Positions 36,777-50,708 of a stretch of 64,000 nucleotides of DNA are shown one piece after another. Every line of letters begins with the position of its first letter. Within the stretch, counting starts at the first letter, position 1. The DNA lies in assembly GCF_036321535.1 (NCBI RefSeq), contig NC_087436.1, forward strand, positions 79,300,001 through 79,364,000. Direction: 5' to 3'. The notes beneath the pieces are model-generated. The model was not told the origin of the DNA. It did no database searches and was given only the letters and a program-made list of their open reading frames with translations. The translations under genes and the position numbers were made by a program. The DNA is from Camelus dromedarius. Its lineage: Eukaryota.

Positions 36777-38964
36777 CCCAGCCAGCCTACTCCCTCCTCA
36801 AAATAAGAATAAGAGGACTCAGCTAATTAATTATCCAATTTCCAATCATTATCCAATCTCGTCTCTCTTACTATATGAGAAGGTGAAAAGATCCCTAGGA
36901 CAAAGAAAATCTAAATGGCACATTAAACACTGACACTGACTGTTACACCATTTTCGTTTACATAAGTGTGTTCAGCATCCAGTGTGGGAGTGGGATGATG
37001 AGGAAGAAGGTGGAGAAGAAGGAGAGCAAAGAATCAGTTTATGAAATAGGATTATTTTAATAGAGAGGCCTCCTTTCTGCAGTCACACCCGGAATTACAT
37101 CTGTAACATTGCTTCCTTTCCCTGCCTGAACACGTTTACAGTGTGAATTCATATCCTCATGACGAATGTTTTTGTCATCTACTTAAGTGAAGCACACCAT
37201 CCAGTGGGTCCTGTAGTTAGGAAACTTACCTATATCTTCTAGGACACCTGTTTTAAAGGTGAAGGCCATCAACTAAGCAATGAACACAGTAGACGCTATG
37301 TCTTCTATCGTGCAATGCCACCGCAGGTTACTCAGGCATTACCAACCACGGCCACAGACACAGAACCACGCGTGGAGACATGTGTTGGCTTCTTAGATGT
37401 GTACCCCTATCATGAGTTGGTGCCCAGACTAAGTGCAGTAGATTTCTATCTATATGTTGCTAAACCATGCAGATTAAAATAGAAAATTTCAAAGCAGAAG
37501 TCAAATGTTTCCAAATGCAAATGAACAATCTGTACTTGTCATACATCTTAGCATTGCCAGCAGGGTGGCTGGAATTATAGTGACCCAGCAACAGAGTTAG
37601 TAAAACAAGGGCTTTTCCCTGGTGTAGAAACTACGAAGGCCCAAGTCCCAGAGGCAGGAAAGAGATGTTGAAAACCTACCATCTTGGTTACAGAAAGATC
37701 ATGTGAGGTAACAAACATTTTTAAAGGAAAATTTAAGGTAAATTGGTACATATTTAAGATGACCCCCCTTCCAAAAAAGTGAAAATCTATAAATTACCGA
37801 AGACCATGGGGTCTTCTTCTAACAGGACTATATCATAACGATTTATTACAAATGAGACCTTACTGCTGTAGGTCTCTTGGACTTCTGTCATTCCTTTAGT
37901 GGGATCTGAGAAGGCCCTGTCGTGCCAAATTCCACCATAGATCATATTATTAAGATCAGAGTAGTTCCCCGCTGCCTCCTGTTTTAAAATGCAAAAAGTA
38001 ATTTAGAGGACTACATTTTTTATTATATATTATATAACCTATTTTCTGATTTCTTATGTGTCATTTTTCCCCTGTGTCTTATACATAAAAAATATACAAA
38101 TAAAAATCTATTGTATAGTAAATATAATGTATAGTAAAATCTTACAAAGATAAGTAATTTACTGTCAAATAATGTACTCTTAGAAATGTTGACTAACCCA
38201 ATTTAACTTCAAGATCACTTACTTTTCAAAAGTCAAAAGAATACAGTTGTAGAGTCTCTGAGCAGGTTATTTCCTTAACTGAGATCTGGGGCAACATCGT
38301 TCCTTAGTTGGATGTAAAACACCAACTTTCAGATAAAAATCTATTTTATAGTTAGATAACGATTGTTCCGGTTGTTTTAAAGCCCTGCATGACACTGTGA
38401 TCCCATTTTAAGCACTGGAAAAACTGTTTCTGTGAATGGAAATAAATTCCTGATTGGTTGAGCTAGTCCTATGTTTGCACAGCCACAAGGGAAAGGAAAT
38501 GAGAATGCTGCTTGATGGCCAGGACTGCCTGGTATGGCCCACACTGCCCTGCCCTGATGCTACACAACACATCATAGGGGCTGCTTCATAGGGGAGCGGA
38601 GACAGAATGCACATGAGGTGTGAATGGTTTTCACATTTCACTCTTCACACTTTTGTATTTTACTGTCACACAAGGAATGTATCCATTTCTTCGTTCCTTA
38701 GCTCTTTAGAGCAGTAAGGGTCAATATTAGCTTGTGAATGAATGATTCTATATTTTACTCTGTGGCTAGCAGGCAAAGTCAGGTTGAAGAAAAAAAAAAA
38801 AAACCAGAAGTTTGGGATTCAAGAATGCCCATTAACTCTTGTTAACATTTGAGGATTATGCAGCTTTACACAACTGCTACAGCACTGTTGGATTTAAGCC
38901 CAAGGTCGAGCCATCCAAATATTTTGGGGGCTAGGACACCTGCAGGGTGCCTTTCATTTCTTAC

Positions 38965-39090
38965 TTGAATAGGTACTGTTCTTGAACTTCTTCTGATACT
39001 GTTCTCTGAATAGCAGTTGCTCCTGGAAGGGCCATTCCAGCTGTAGTCTCTTCTCCACATCAGAAGGGATGGATCCAGATTTGCAAATAT
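38965..39090 (-). CDS. HPSE: HPSE coding exon 3 (126 nt): linker end and heparin-binding domain 1
   Basis: (D)ICKSGSIPSDVEKRLQLEWPFQEQLLFREQYQKKFKNSTYS; acceptor TTTGCAG|AT, donor A|GTAAGA. Confidence 0.96.
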
Positions 39091-40746
39091 CTGCAAATGG
39101 AGTAAATAATTTAAGGACTCTGTTTCACAGTGATAAGGTTGAAATCTCATACATTTATTTAGTTAGTTAGTTATGTAGCTAAAACAGCATATTTGAGTTT
39201 CTGGTTATTAGGCGTGAGATCAGAGAAAGATATATTCTGTTACACATGTCAGATGTGCTGGCTAACCAATCACCACACACACACAAAAACCATCCAAAGG
39301 GCAGGTTTCCTAAGAAACAGTGGGCATATACTGGACATAGATACACTGGACATAACTTTAAGCTATTTCACAACTCAGAAGGCTCCTCAGAAACTTGAAA
39401 TTACTAGGGAACACCACTGAGGGAAAAAAAGAGAAGATAGTTCAGTTCTTTTAAAGGTTCACTTTGAAAATATGCAGACATTTGTTTTACATGGACTGTA
39501 TCTGCTTTGTGGTGATTTCCTCTTGCCAAAATGGTAGGAAAGGGAATGTTGACATTTATTCCTTCAAATTTGGTATCATCAAAGCTCCTAAGACCACAGC
39601 ATGTGTGCCTGGACAAACCCACACTGCCTGGTCAGGCAGACCATGCTCTTTATCACAAGGCAGCAGGGCTGCAGGCACCCGCTGCCAGGACAGGCTGACC
39701 CGGTGACTTCCTTTCTGGGAAGCTGTACATTCTGGCTTTCTGGCAGCCAGGGCCTCATCCATCCCTGTGCTCACAAAGGATGTTTCAGAAGCACTTGGAT
39801 AATCCCAGTGACCCTCCGCCTGCCCCTAGGATGAAGAAAATTGATGCACAAGGACAGTTTCCTCTCAAAACTTATGAACCTTTTGAACGCATATGACTGA
39901 TGAGAAAGGGCCAGGTCTAAACATAACCCAACAAATTCTTCCAAGAAGACCCTTCTGCTTTGTTTCATTTTTTTCTAATTACTGTTCTATCAAATTTGGC
40001 CCACTTACTAACTGTTCTAAGTACTTCTTAACTGCAGAAAATAAACAGAAGGAAAATCCGTAGTATATAAAATAATGAAATACTGTTCATTAGTGTATAC
40101 ATCATGTATACTTTATTATAATTCAGTGATGTACACGGTATTCTTAATAATTGTTTAGATAATGATTTAACTTCTATTTGATGTCTATCACTTATGAAAG
40201 ACACCAGGCAAATCCTCGTAGCTCCCTAGGATGCTTCTTAGATGAAGTCCACAGACTTCTAATATCAGAATTGCCTGAGGAACTTGCTAAACTTGTAGCC
40301 TAAGTTTGGAACCCAGAAATCCAAATATTCAAACTCACCCCAGGTGCCTGTGTAGAGTCAGTAAAGTTTGAGAACCATTGCCCAACCAATCAAGTCTTAA
40401 AATTCCTTCCTAGAAGCAGAGCACATCTCCATGTTCCCTTGTTATACCTTTCATCCACATTCTATTTTCGGAATAAAGGGATTTCAATCCAGGGCTGTGT
40501 CTTCAGCAGGAAATATTCCCTTCAGTTTGGTGCATTTCTACCTATAGGCCCCTCTTCAGCTACAATCATTATTCTATTTATAGTGCAATTAACCCTCGGT
40601 TATGCCCAGCACACCTTTTGTTGGTTTGGTTATTTTTCTGAGGTCTCACAAGCTTGAAAACATCAGGAGGGGGAAAGCTGCCCACTGCTTCCTCCTCCTG
40701 TGTAGGTGCCTCCACGGGTCAGTTGGGAGCCCTTCATCCCTTACTA

Positions 40747-41007
<261 letters not shown>

Positions 41008-43424
41008 TTAAAATTATTTTTTCCAAGACAATCCAGTCAAATGCATCTACTCCCTTCTCTCTTGGATGGACCCATTTCTTAATACCTCACTGTACCGGCC
41101 GTGGAGGGAGAAGTCATCTCTCTCTACCGGGGGTACCATCTCCATCGGAGTCTCCCTCATTGCAAGGTTGCTCTTCTAGGCACCTGAAGGCAACTTGGAG
41201 CTCTGACTCAGGCAAGAGCTCATATTTCAACTTGACAAGTAGGATAGTGTTCAGTACTTTCAAAAAACTCATAAACCTTTTGTGATTAATGGAGGAAAAG
41301 AGGTAAGAGAGTGGAAACTTCAGGAAAGATGACTGTTTCTTTGAAAAATCGATTGTCTTCAAAATTTTATGTTTCCAGATAAGTTCATAAATGACTTCTC
41401 TCCCTAACCAACCCTCACCTCCACTCCAAGGAAAACCATCCTTTCAAATTTAAGTCAAATGACCTAGAACTAGGTGAGATTCTAATTCCTACACATCTAA
41501 GACACTTCCAATTTGAGAAATTCTCAATGCGTATCTCATCAAGCCAAAAATGCTCCTGATAGGTCCCTATGATGTGCTCAGAATGGTACGGAATGCTGCA
41601 GAAGGGAATTAGAGTTATTTATCATTCCTTCTCTCAGAGAGATGAAGATGTCATGAATATTTCAGTGAAAAAAACTAAGAAAACAGAAGACGCAGGTAGC
41701 AGGGAAACCTGCCATGTATTTCTGAAGCCTCACACATGGGATTCTGGCCACACTGCTCTCTGGAAAGCTCTTAACACACATAAAGTCAATGCTGTGTGGT
41801 TCTCAAAATGGCCCAAATAATTAGTTTACATATGGGTTTATTTCAAATCAGAAAATCACTCCAGGAGAACTTCTTAATTACCAGTACTTTTGGATATCCT
41901 AGAAATTAAAGACATGATCTAAAATTTAAAATTGTAATGTGTTCTTCTGTTTTTACTATATATAGTGCTATGTAAAAATTTTCAAAGATTTCTTTATTTT
42001 TGCTTAGGAAAGAGAAATTAAAAGGCAGAAATTGACCAAAGGATGAGTTACCTGCATTAAAAACTTCAGTGATTTCTCCTCACCATTTTTTCTGGTAATA
42101 ATGGGAGCATTTTACTATACTATCTAGGCACTTTTGCCTTCATGAGCCTTTCCTCCACAAAATTTTTTTAAATTGTATTTTATGATGATACTTACATAAA
42201 GACAAATATGTTAATATTACATATTAAAACATTTTTTTTGACCTAAAAGTTCACTTTCTTCGGATCTTAAAAGAACTTGAAATATTTTCATGGGCTCTTG
42301 AATGTCTTGTGGGTCCTGGCACAGGGAGATGCAGCACTAAGCGAGATGTCAGGGATGTTATCAACGTGGAATTGGCTGAAATACCTGACAGTACCCAAGA
42401 ACCCTGGGAAGGATGACTTCTGCCATGAAATCCTCAGAACCTCTTGAAAATGAATGGAAATGTTAGCTTGGACTAAGCAAGGATTCAGAAGAAAGCCACT
42501 TCCACTTTGCAATGAACCCAAATAAAACTAAACTCTAGGAAGCGAGGAAGGTTTTGGACACTTTGCATAGATTATCTCACTTAATCCCCAAACAACCTAA
42601 TAATCATGAGATGCCATTATTATCCTCATTTTATAGATAAGGAGTTGGGGCAAAAGGACGCTCGGTGATTTGCCCAGGGTGATATGCCAATGGGGATTTG
42701 AACTACTGGAGTTCAACCCTGTGGGCAGTTGTCTAGAAGCAGCCCTGGGGGACGGGACAGGGTTGCAGTGTGGGAGAACGCTCAGCTTCTACTCCAAAGT
42801 AGCCCCGTCTACTTCTCCACTGGCGTCCTCAGAGAAGAGTTTTAGCTAGGGCACAGAGTGGCAGGAGTATTCTCGGAGGAGGATGGAGAAGCATTACCAT
42901 GCAGAGGGTTCGGGCTGCACAATGAAAGGTTTGAGAGGGAAGAGAACACTGAGCATGGCTCAGTCAGGGCAGAGCCCGTCTCAGGAGTCAGAAAATGTGA
43001 GTTTATGTCTTGTGATCGTTCTCGGTTCTCCATGTCTCTGACTGTGGTTATTTCTCTTAGCAACAGGCTCACAGAGGGCCTGAGGTTATTTCCAACATCA
43101 GTTATCAAAACGCGTGCTTCACGTTGTTAGTAAGTGCTTTTCCAAATATGAAAAGCAACTTTGTCAGTGAAGATGCAGGAATCTTATGATTGAAAGTTAT
43201 TAATAATAAATATCTATCGAATTGCAAAAAGGGCTGGACTTTGCTGAAATAAAATAAGCAAATCTTTGGGAAAAGCAGCACAGCTGCATGATTAATGCAG
43301 CCTCTGCGTTGCACCCCTGTTTTTGCTCTGTAGGACTTATGATCTGCACCCCTAACTCAGCGCTCTGATTTTTGCCTTGAATTGGTGAACTGTGCTTGTA
43401 TACGTGACTTGGTTGAAATGCGGA

Positions 43425-43745
43425 CTGCGCTGCCAAGCCGGTAACTCAGGTGGTTAGCCCTTGAAATGTGGCTCGTCTGAATTGAGATGTGCTGTGAGTA
43501 TAAAATACACACCAAGTTCTGAAGACTTGGTTCGACAAGGAGTGTAAAATATCTCATTAATATATTTGTAGTGATTATACTGAATGATGATAATTTGGAT
43601 ATTTTGTGTTAAATAAAATACATTACTAAAGTTAATTTTGTTTGTTTCTTTTTACCTTTTTTAAACATAGCTATTAGAAAAATTAAAACTACATTATGTA
43701 GTTTGCCCATAAGGCTCATATTCTGTTTCTACCGAGTCACGCTGG
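43425..43745 (-). mobile_element. MER33-like hAT-Charlie relic
   Basis: CTTGAAATGTGGCT..TCTGAATTGAGATGTGCTGT.AGT.TAAAATACACACC...AAAATATCTCATTAATA. Confidence 0.7.
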
Positions 43746-46397
43746 TCTCGGCTCTCCCACCTTTGAGGGTGGGAGCCTCTTCAGAGCTCAGCCCACAGTC
43801 AGGCTTAGGAAGTTTCTGATTGGGCTGTTGGTGAGTTACCTCTGGGAAGAAGGCAAACTGAAAAGATGCTCCTTTCGGAGTCTAGATTGCTGTCACTGGC
43901 ATTTAAGTTCTCTCCATGTTCTCGAATTGCAAATGTGAAAAAAAGAAAAACACCACCATATCTGGTTGCCGTCATGGGAAACCGGATCTCTGCCATCTGA
44001 TTTTATTTGCTTAGGCTTCTCTGAAATACTGTAGAGGTGTGGGCCCTGATTCTCCTACTCCAAGGTCAGTGCTTCTTTTCATTACATCATTCCTCTCAGT
44101 TTATTTCGGGACAGACTTTTCTCCCATCCCTACTCTGCTGCTTTTAAAAAATGTAAACTGCTTTATTTTCTTTTTGTGCACTCTCACCTCTGCAAAATTA
44201 GCATCTGCTAATCAAACTACTCCACGTCATGGCTGGCTGACCATAGGCAAATCGCTGAATCTCCCTAAGCCTGGATCTCTTCATTAAAAAAAAAAAAATG
44301 GGGACAATAATAGTATTAACCTCACAGTTTTGCAGCCAAGACTAAATTAGTACCTAGGCGGTGCTTAGAACAGGGCCTGGCCCCTGATGACGGCTCAGTT
44401 AGTGTCGGCTAGCTTATGATCCTCTCCTTAGTACCTCAGCTTTCACCTGCTCAGATCTTGCCATCTTTGCCCAAGCAGCTTCACTTTTGAGGAACTGAAA
44501 TACAACTGTGCCCATCTCACCCCCCTCGCTCCTGTGACAGATGGTAAGTCCCATGCTGTTGTTTGAGATGGAAGCTAAATGTTTTGTCTTCTGAGATGGC
44601 CAGGTCACTTTAGGCACTGTGCCAACTGTCCTGGGGAGATGGACCCTCAGACTCTTAATTCAGAAGCTCGGTCTTAGATGAGAAGGGGAGGGAGCTCCTG
44701 CCTCTTGAGCTGCAGTCTTTAAGGTCTCAGCTGGGAATAGTGTGTCTGTGCCTGCAGATGCCTCTGGGGAGCAGGCAAGGAAGACAGCTGGGAAGGGACC
44801 TGGAATGGTCAGGAGCCAGCCCTGGAAAGAAGCCTGCATGAACAGGAATGCACTATGTTTTGCAAACCAAAAAAACCAAAAAACCAAAAAAACAGTTTTG
44901 TTTATTACATGCTATGCTCTTTTGGTTTTCATCCTCCTCCAGCCTTTAACAAAAAGGTGGAGGCTGGGAGAGTTGGTGGGAGGGAGGCGAGAAAGAGTGC
45001 TATGGGAACGTAAGAGACATGTTTAAGAAGAGACAAAGTTATTACCCTGGTTAAATTGCAAACTGGAGGTTCCCAGTGTGTGTGCGGCGGTGGGTAGAGG
45101 GGTGGGGGTGCTAGTGAGTTGGTTAGCTTGACTTCAGGGTGATCAGGCCTGAACCTCAAAAGTCATACTGTAGGTATTTTCTTTTGGACCTATTTCTCCA
45201 GGAAGGGATCGCCAGCTGTTCTTCCTTGGGGAGGAGCAGGGTATATACTCTGGCTACTGCAGCATAAAAGGACTTAGTTCTCATATTTTAGTAAATGGTC
45301 ATTCAATTAATCTTTCTGTTTGCAGTAAGACACTTCACACTCTCTCTTCCCCTATCACTGCCCTCCATCCCATCCTAAGCTAGGCCTGGGGTCCTCAGAT
45401 ATGGCGCCTTGTAGTTCAGTGTTTCTCCAGAGTAATCTTTCTGTCTCCCAACCAACTGCTGCCTGGTATCAGCTCACTATCCCCAAGGGGAAGGACAAAA
45501 AGTGAGACCGCTGTCTCACCAGGAAATTCCTTCTCTCTTACCACATGAGGAAAGATAGAGGTTAACTATTTCTGCATGAAAAACACAGACAACTGATGAA
45601 TGCCTAGCAAATATTCACCAGTTTCCAGGAATAAGCAATTAACTTAAATTTTGAGCATTGTCCAGCACTGTGCTAAGTACTTCTCATTAAATGCTCATAC
45701 AGTCCTACAAGATGGTTTTAGAAGTCCCATTCTGCAGGGAAAGAAATCAAGGCTTTGAGTTGTCAAGCAGCCTCTAAAAACTAAGCCACCCAGTTTTGGC
45801 AGAGTTGGGAACCAAGGGTGGTCTGGCTGCAAGTTTCATAACCATGAAACTGTCTGCTTTTATTTGCATCATGAATGACTGAACTGAGCAATGGCAGCTG
45901 AAAGTGTGGGCACAGGAAGGACAGCCTGCAGGTGTTTGGCAATGACAGAATTCCCAGTTGTCTGGGTTGGCTGAGGTGTGGCGGTCTCTGGAGGCTCTCG
46001 TGACCCAGATGAGTGGCCTAGATGACCTGGGTCGGTCCTGCAGCTCCCTATCTTGGGATCAGCCTGCACTCACAGGCAGGGGCCAGTGAATCTGCACTAA
46101 GTTCAGTTTTTCTCAGGTAAGAAAAAAATTACAGCTAATAAAGCAGTGCCACCTTTTACAGCCTTATCTGGAAGAGACAGCTTTTTAAGGATCTGAAGTC
46201 ACTGCAGTAGTGTCCTGGGTCTCATGGATGTGATATTAAAAACATTTTTAAAGAGTGTAATATGGGAAATCTCTGTACCTTGTGCTCAGTATTGCCGTGA
46301 ACCTAAAACTGCTCTTTAAAAGTTAATTTTAATTTGACACAACATTGTAAAATGACTATAACTCAATAAAAATGTTTTTTAAAAGTTTTCTTAAAAA

Positions 46398-46428
46398 ATT
46401 ATATATATATAATTATATTAATTATATA

Positions 46429-46458
<30 letters not shown>
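46398..46458. repeat. (TA)n-rich tract
   Basis: About 60 bp of A/T only, ending in a perfect TA run. Confidence 0.95.
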
Positions 46459-46459
<1 letters not shown>

Positions 46460-46781
46460 GGAATAAATAAGCTTATTCTCCTTTGAGGCTTTTTCCGTCT
46501 ATCTTTTTTTTTTGTTGTTGTAACTTTCCTAACAGAGTTTAGGAGACTGAAGCCTGGTGCACAATGTTACTGTCCTGCGCTGCCCAGCAAATCCAGGCGT
46601 TCACAGCCCTCCAAGCCAAGACCCCTCCTTCTGGCGAGTTGCTGGGGCAGGTGGGACTTTCTTTCTTCAACTTCGCCCTATTACCGAGCCCTTAGTTGGC
46701 GCTCAGGCAACACTTGCTGAATGAATGAAGGCGAGAAAGAGCGGTTTAAGGGCGGCTGCAGGGGGGCGGGGTGGGGCGGAT

Positions 46782-46941
<160 letters not shown>

Positions 46942-46989
46942 AAAAGGGGAGAGGCACTGGGGACTGGCATGGATGGCAGGAGGGCAGGA

Positions 46990-47720
46990 GAGGGGACAGG
47001 CACCCGCAGGCCGGCACTTACCCCAGGAAGGTGAGGAACCGCGGGTCCGTGGCCAGGTTGGCGTCGATGGTGAAGGACAAGAACGCGGGACTCACCAGGT
47101 GCACCGGCCGCTCGGTGGAGAAGTCCAGCTCCACGACGTCCTCAGCTGGCTCGGGTCCCGCCAGGGCGCCCGGGGAGCAGGGACCGAGCGGCCCCAGGAG
47201 CAGCAGCAGCGGCGGCGGCAGCAGAGTCAGCCGTGGCTTCCTGCGCAGCAGCATCTCGGGCGCACCCGGTTGTCCCACTCGCGAGCGGCCGCGCAGCGAC
47301 AGTCGAGACCTCGCGCATTTCCTCCCGGCCGGCCACGGCGTCCTTTTCTCCTTTCCTCCACTCTCTCACTCCTCCTCACCCCTCCCACAGCGCCCTGTAT
47401 CCCTCCCACTCTTGCCCGGCATCCCTCCCACTGCTCCCTCTCCTCCCCGCTCCGCCTCCCGCCACTTCCTTGCATGCTTTCCCCTCGGTGGCGGTCACGT
47501 CCACTTACGAAATCACCCACACCCATTTGAAGGGTGCAGACATGGCCAGGATCCAAGCGCCCAGGAGGCCTGGGAAGGGAGGCCCGGGGAGGGAGGCCTG
47601 GGAGGAGCGCCGGGCATCCTGGATCCGGCTTCCTGAAGCTTACTGTCCAGTGAGCCCTGGTGAGGACGCCAGCAGTTCCCTCTTCCAGGTCCCCGCCGGT
47701 GGCGCCAGGTCTTCTGACCC
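46990..47720. promoter_or_regulatory. CpG island / HPSE promoter
   Basis: GC/CpG-rich with no obvious TATA box; GC-box-like purine/pyrimidine tracts; ETS core GGAAGT on the minus strand near 47464-47469. Boundaries approximate. Confidence 0.85.
47022..47254 (-). CDS. HPSE: HPSE coding exon 1 (233 nt): signal peptide and start of the 8-kDa subunit
   Basis: GAG-ATG at 47254; [77 protein letters not shown](G); donor GG|GTAAGT. Confidence 0.96.
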
Positions 47721-50069
47721 TCAACTAAAACCTCCAGTGAGCATTCATCGCTTGCCCTCCTCATCTGGTTTCGGAACACTTGCCTGTCACTTGAGCCTGC
47801 CAAAAGCTGATTAACCATGTGTTCTCTGGCCAGAGAGCTGTTTCCCAGACATCTTACTTTGGCCTGAAAAAAAAAAACAAAAAAACAAAAAAACAAAAAA
47901 CCAAAAACTGACCTGGGCAATAGCTAACCTACAGCTAGAAAGAGGTCAACTCCAAAATTTCTTATCAGTTTCTCATGAAAACAATATTTAGCACAGCTTT
48001 AAAGTATTAGATCCTCCAACATCTGAAACTCAGGACATGAAGCCTTTATACAAGTGAGGGGTAATAACCATCCCTTGAATTTGGAGCCTTTGCCAAATTT
48101 CCCCTCTGTACATTTATGTTTAGCTGTTGGCCAAACTTCTCTTCAGTTTTCCTTTGATGCCTACATAGATATGTAATTATAACAAGCACCATGCACTTAG
48201 GGCTCACTATATGCCTGATACCACAAGGGGTGCTCTGCCTGTATTGGCTTTCATTCCCACAACACTGATATGTGGGTATTATCCTCACTTTACATGTGAG
48301 AACCCAAACTCTGAGACACTGACTTGTTCAAGTGTTAGAATCAGGATGGGAAGGCAGTTACACAACCCAGAGCAGATGGGCAGCCTGTCTCAGCTGAAAT
48401 GTAACTTCCTCAAAGAAGCTTTGCCTGAATCTCCAGACAGCTGAATTCCCCCATGACACACACTCTTACAGCATCCTGAACTTGCTAGAATTTACCACAT
48501 TGTTAGTATTGTATTGCTCCATGTTGGCCTCACCTCCTCGGTTATAAACTCTGTGGAAGCAGAGATGGGGTTTGCCTTGTTTGCTGCACTCACCGAAGCT
48601 CACGGCTCTATGCTTTGCACTTAATAAGAATCCAATGAATGTTGAGTAAGCAAACAACACCAAAACCCTTAGAATTTTCTGCTTAGATTGCACCACCACT
48701 AAAGCAATAAATAAAAATGGATTGTTTTGAAATTTATATCTAATTTGCGTAGATCTGTCTATTCTTGAGCAATTAAAAAGTTAAATGTATATTTAATCAG
48801 GGAAGGTTACAGTTTGGAGATTTTATGTGTATGTATCAGTTACTATTTTGTAACCTGAATCAGGTTTATAACCTACAATTGTACATAAGAAAAAAATTCA
48901 CATATAAACACCAAGCTCCCAGGAGATCATATGGCAGCAGATATGGAGGTGGAAGAACAGATGCCTGGGTTCTTTTTCTGCCTTTGTCATAACATTGCTC
49001 CTATATCCCACCCCACCCCACTCATGCTCCTGTTGTCTTGGGGCAGAAGTCACACCACTTTCTCTGGAATACTTGGGTGATTTAAAAATTTGATCTTTGC
49101 AAGTTTTCTAGACAGTGAGTCCTTGTGACATTCTGAGATGTGGGCCAGTGTGGTCCACATGCAAGTTACTAATATGGGAACTGGGCAAACATAAATGAGG
49201 AAGTGAAGAAAAACGACTTGCATAAATGATGGTCGATGATCTGTTGGTTGAGATCAAATGAGTTCCTGGCTCCTGGATCCAAGTTAGTTTGATCCCCTAC
49301 ACCAGGTAAGAGTGAAGAACATAAGATAATATGCAGGCACATAGGAGAGAGGAATACACGGTAATATTAATAGAGCTTGTCATTTCAGAGACACTTTATA
49401 ATTAGACAACTTATATTTTTACGGCAAGTTCCAGCTTATACACATCCCAGCTAGAGCCCTTCTACATGCACCCCAGCCCTGCAATGTGGAAGGGTGTGGA
49501 AACTTGTGCCAGTTTTCCAACTTTCCAGAGCCTCAGTTTCCTCACTTGGAAACTGGGTGTAATAATGCATATTTCACAGTGCTTCTTTTGAGGCTCAATT
49601 AACCTAATATATGTAACACATCTAGCTCCATAAGCAATATGAAATATATGTTCAACAGGTGAGTTATTATTATGTTATCATTATTATTACTCATTTAATC
49701 TTCACAATAATCTTGTAATTTAGACTCGGCTTTTTGATTCCAAGTTCAGCATTTTTCCACTCTATCACCCAGATTTGGTGACTCACAAATTATGTGACGA
49801 TAATGATTTAGAACTAAAAAATCTTCAAATGAACGGGGGACCAGTTCATGTGAATCATTTAATAATTATGAAGTGGTATCATTTCCATGTGGCTTTTGGG
49901 TTGATTTTCAGTAGTGGCATTGGGTTTTTAGGGACTCACAGAAGGTTTACCAGGTCAACAACTATAAACACTTCTAAAACAAAAGCTGATTTCAGGGCAT
50001 CTTCAGAAAATAATAATCTTTTCACCTGTCTGTCTAGAAAATTAAGATTTTCCTAATGTAAAAATCCCT

Positions 50070-50708
50070 AAGAGAATGTAGTTGGGTGTAGCCATTATGA
50101 AAAACAGTATGGAGATTCCTTAAAAAACCAAAAATAGACTTACCATATGATCCAGCAATTCCACTCCTGGGCATATATCCTGAGGGAACTCTAATTCGGA
50201 AAGATACATGCACCCCAATATTCTTAGCAGCACTGTATACAATAGCCAAGACATGGAAACAACCTAAATGTCCATGGAAAGATGACTGCATAAAGAAGCT
50301 ATGGTATATTTATACAATGGAATATTATTCAGCTATAAAAAAGAATAAAATAATGCCATTTGCAGCAACATGGATGGACCTAGAGATCATCATTCTAAGT
50401 GAAGTAAGCCAGAAAGAGAAAGAAAAACACCATATAATATCATTCATATGTGGAATCTAAAAAAAGAAAAAAGACACTAATGAACTCATCTACAAAACAG
50501 AAGCAGACTCACAGACATAATAAACAATCTTATGGTTACCAGGGGGAAAAGGGGTAGGAAGGGATAAATTGGGAGTTTTGTTGTGTTTTGTTTTTTATCT
50601 ATTTTATATATAGTTCTTAGTATTTGCAAACCTCAAATTCCTTCTATATATCATAGGGAACTATATTCAATACTTGCAGTAACCTATAATTTAAAAAAAT
50701 AAATAAAA
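50070..50708 (+). mobile_element. Truncated L1 (ORF2 end and 3'UTR) with internal micro-inversion
   Basis: Collinear with 36065-36620 except for about 50578-50637, which is reverse-complemented. Confidence 0.88.

Noticed and set aside
47690..47708. CTCF-like motif CCCGCCGGTGGCGCC upstream of HPSE
   Set aside because: Mismatches in the 5' half of the core within GC-rich DNA; not supportable without a PWM scan or ChIP data.
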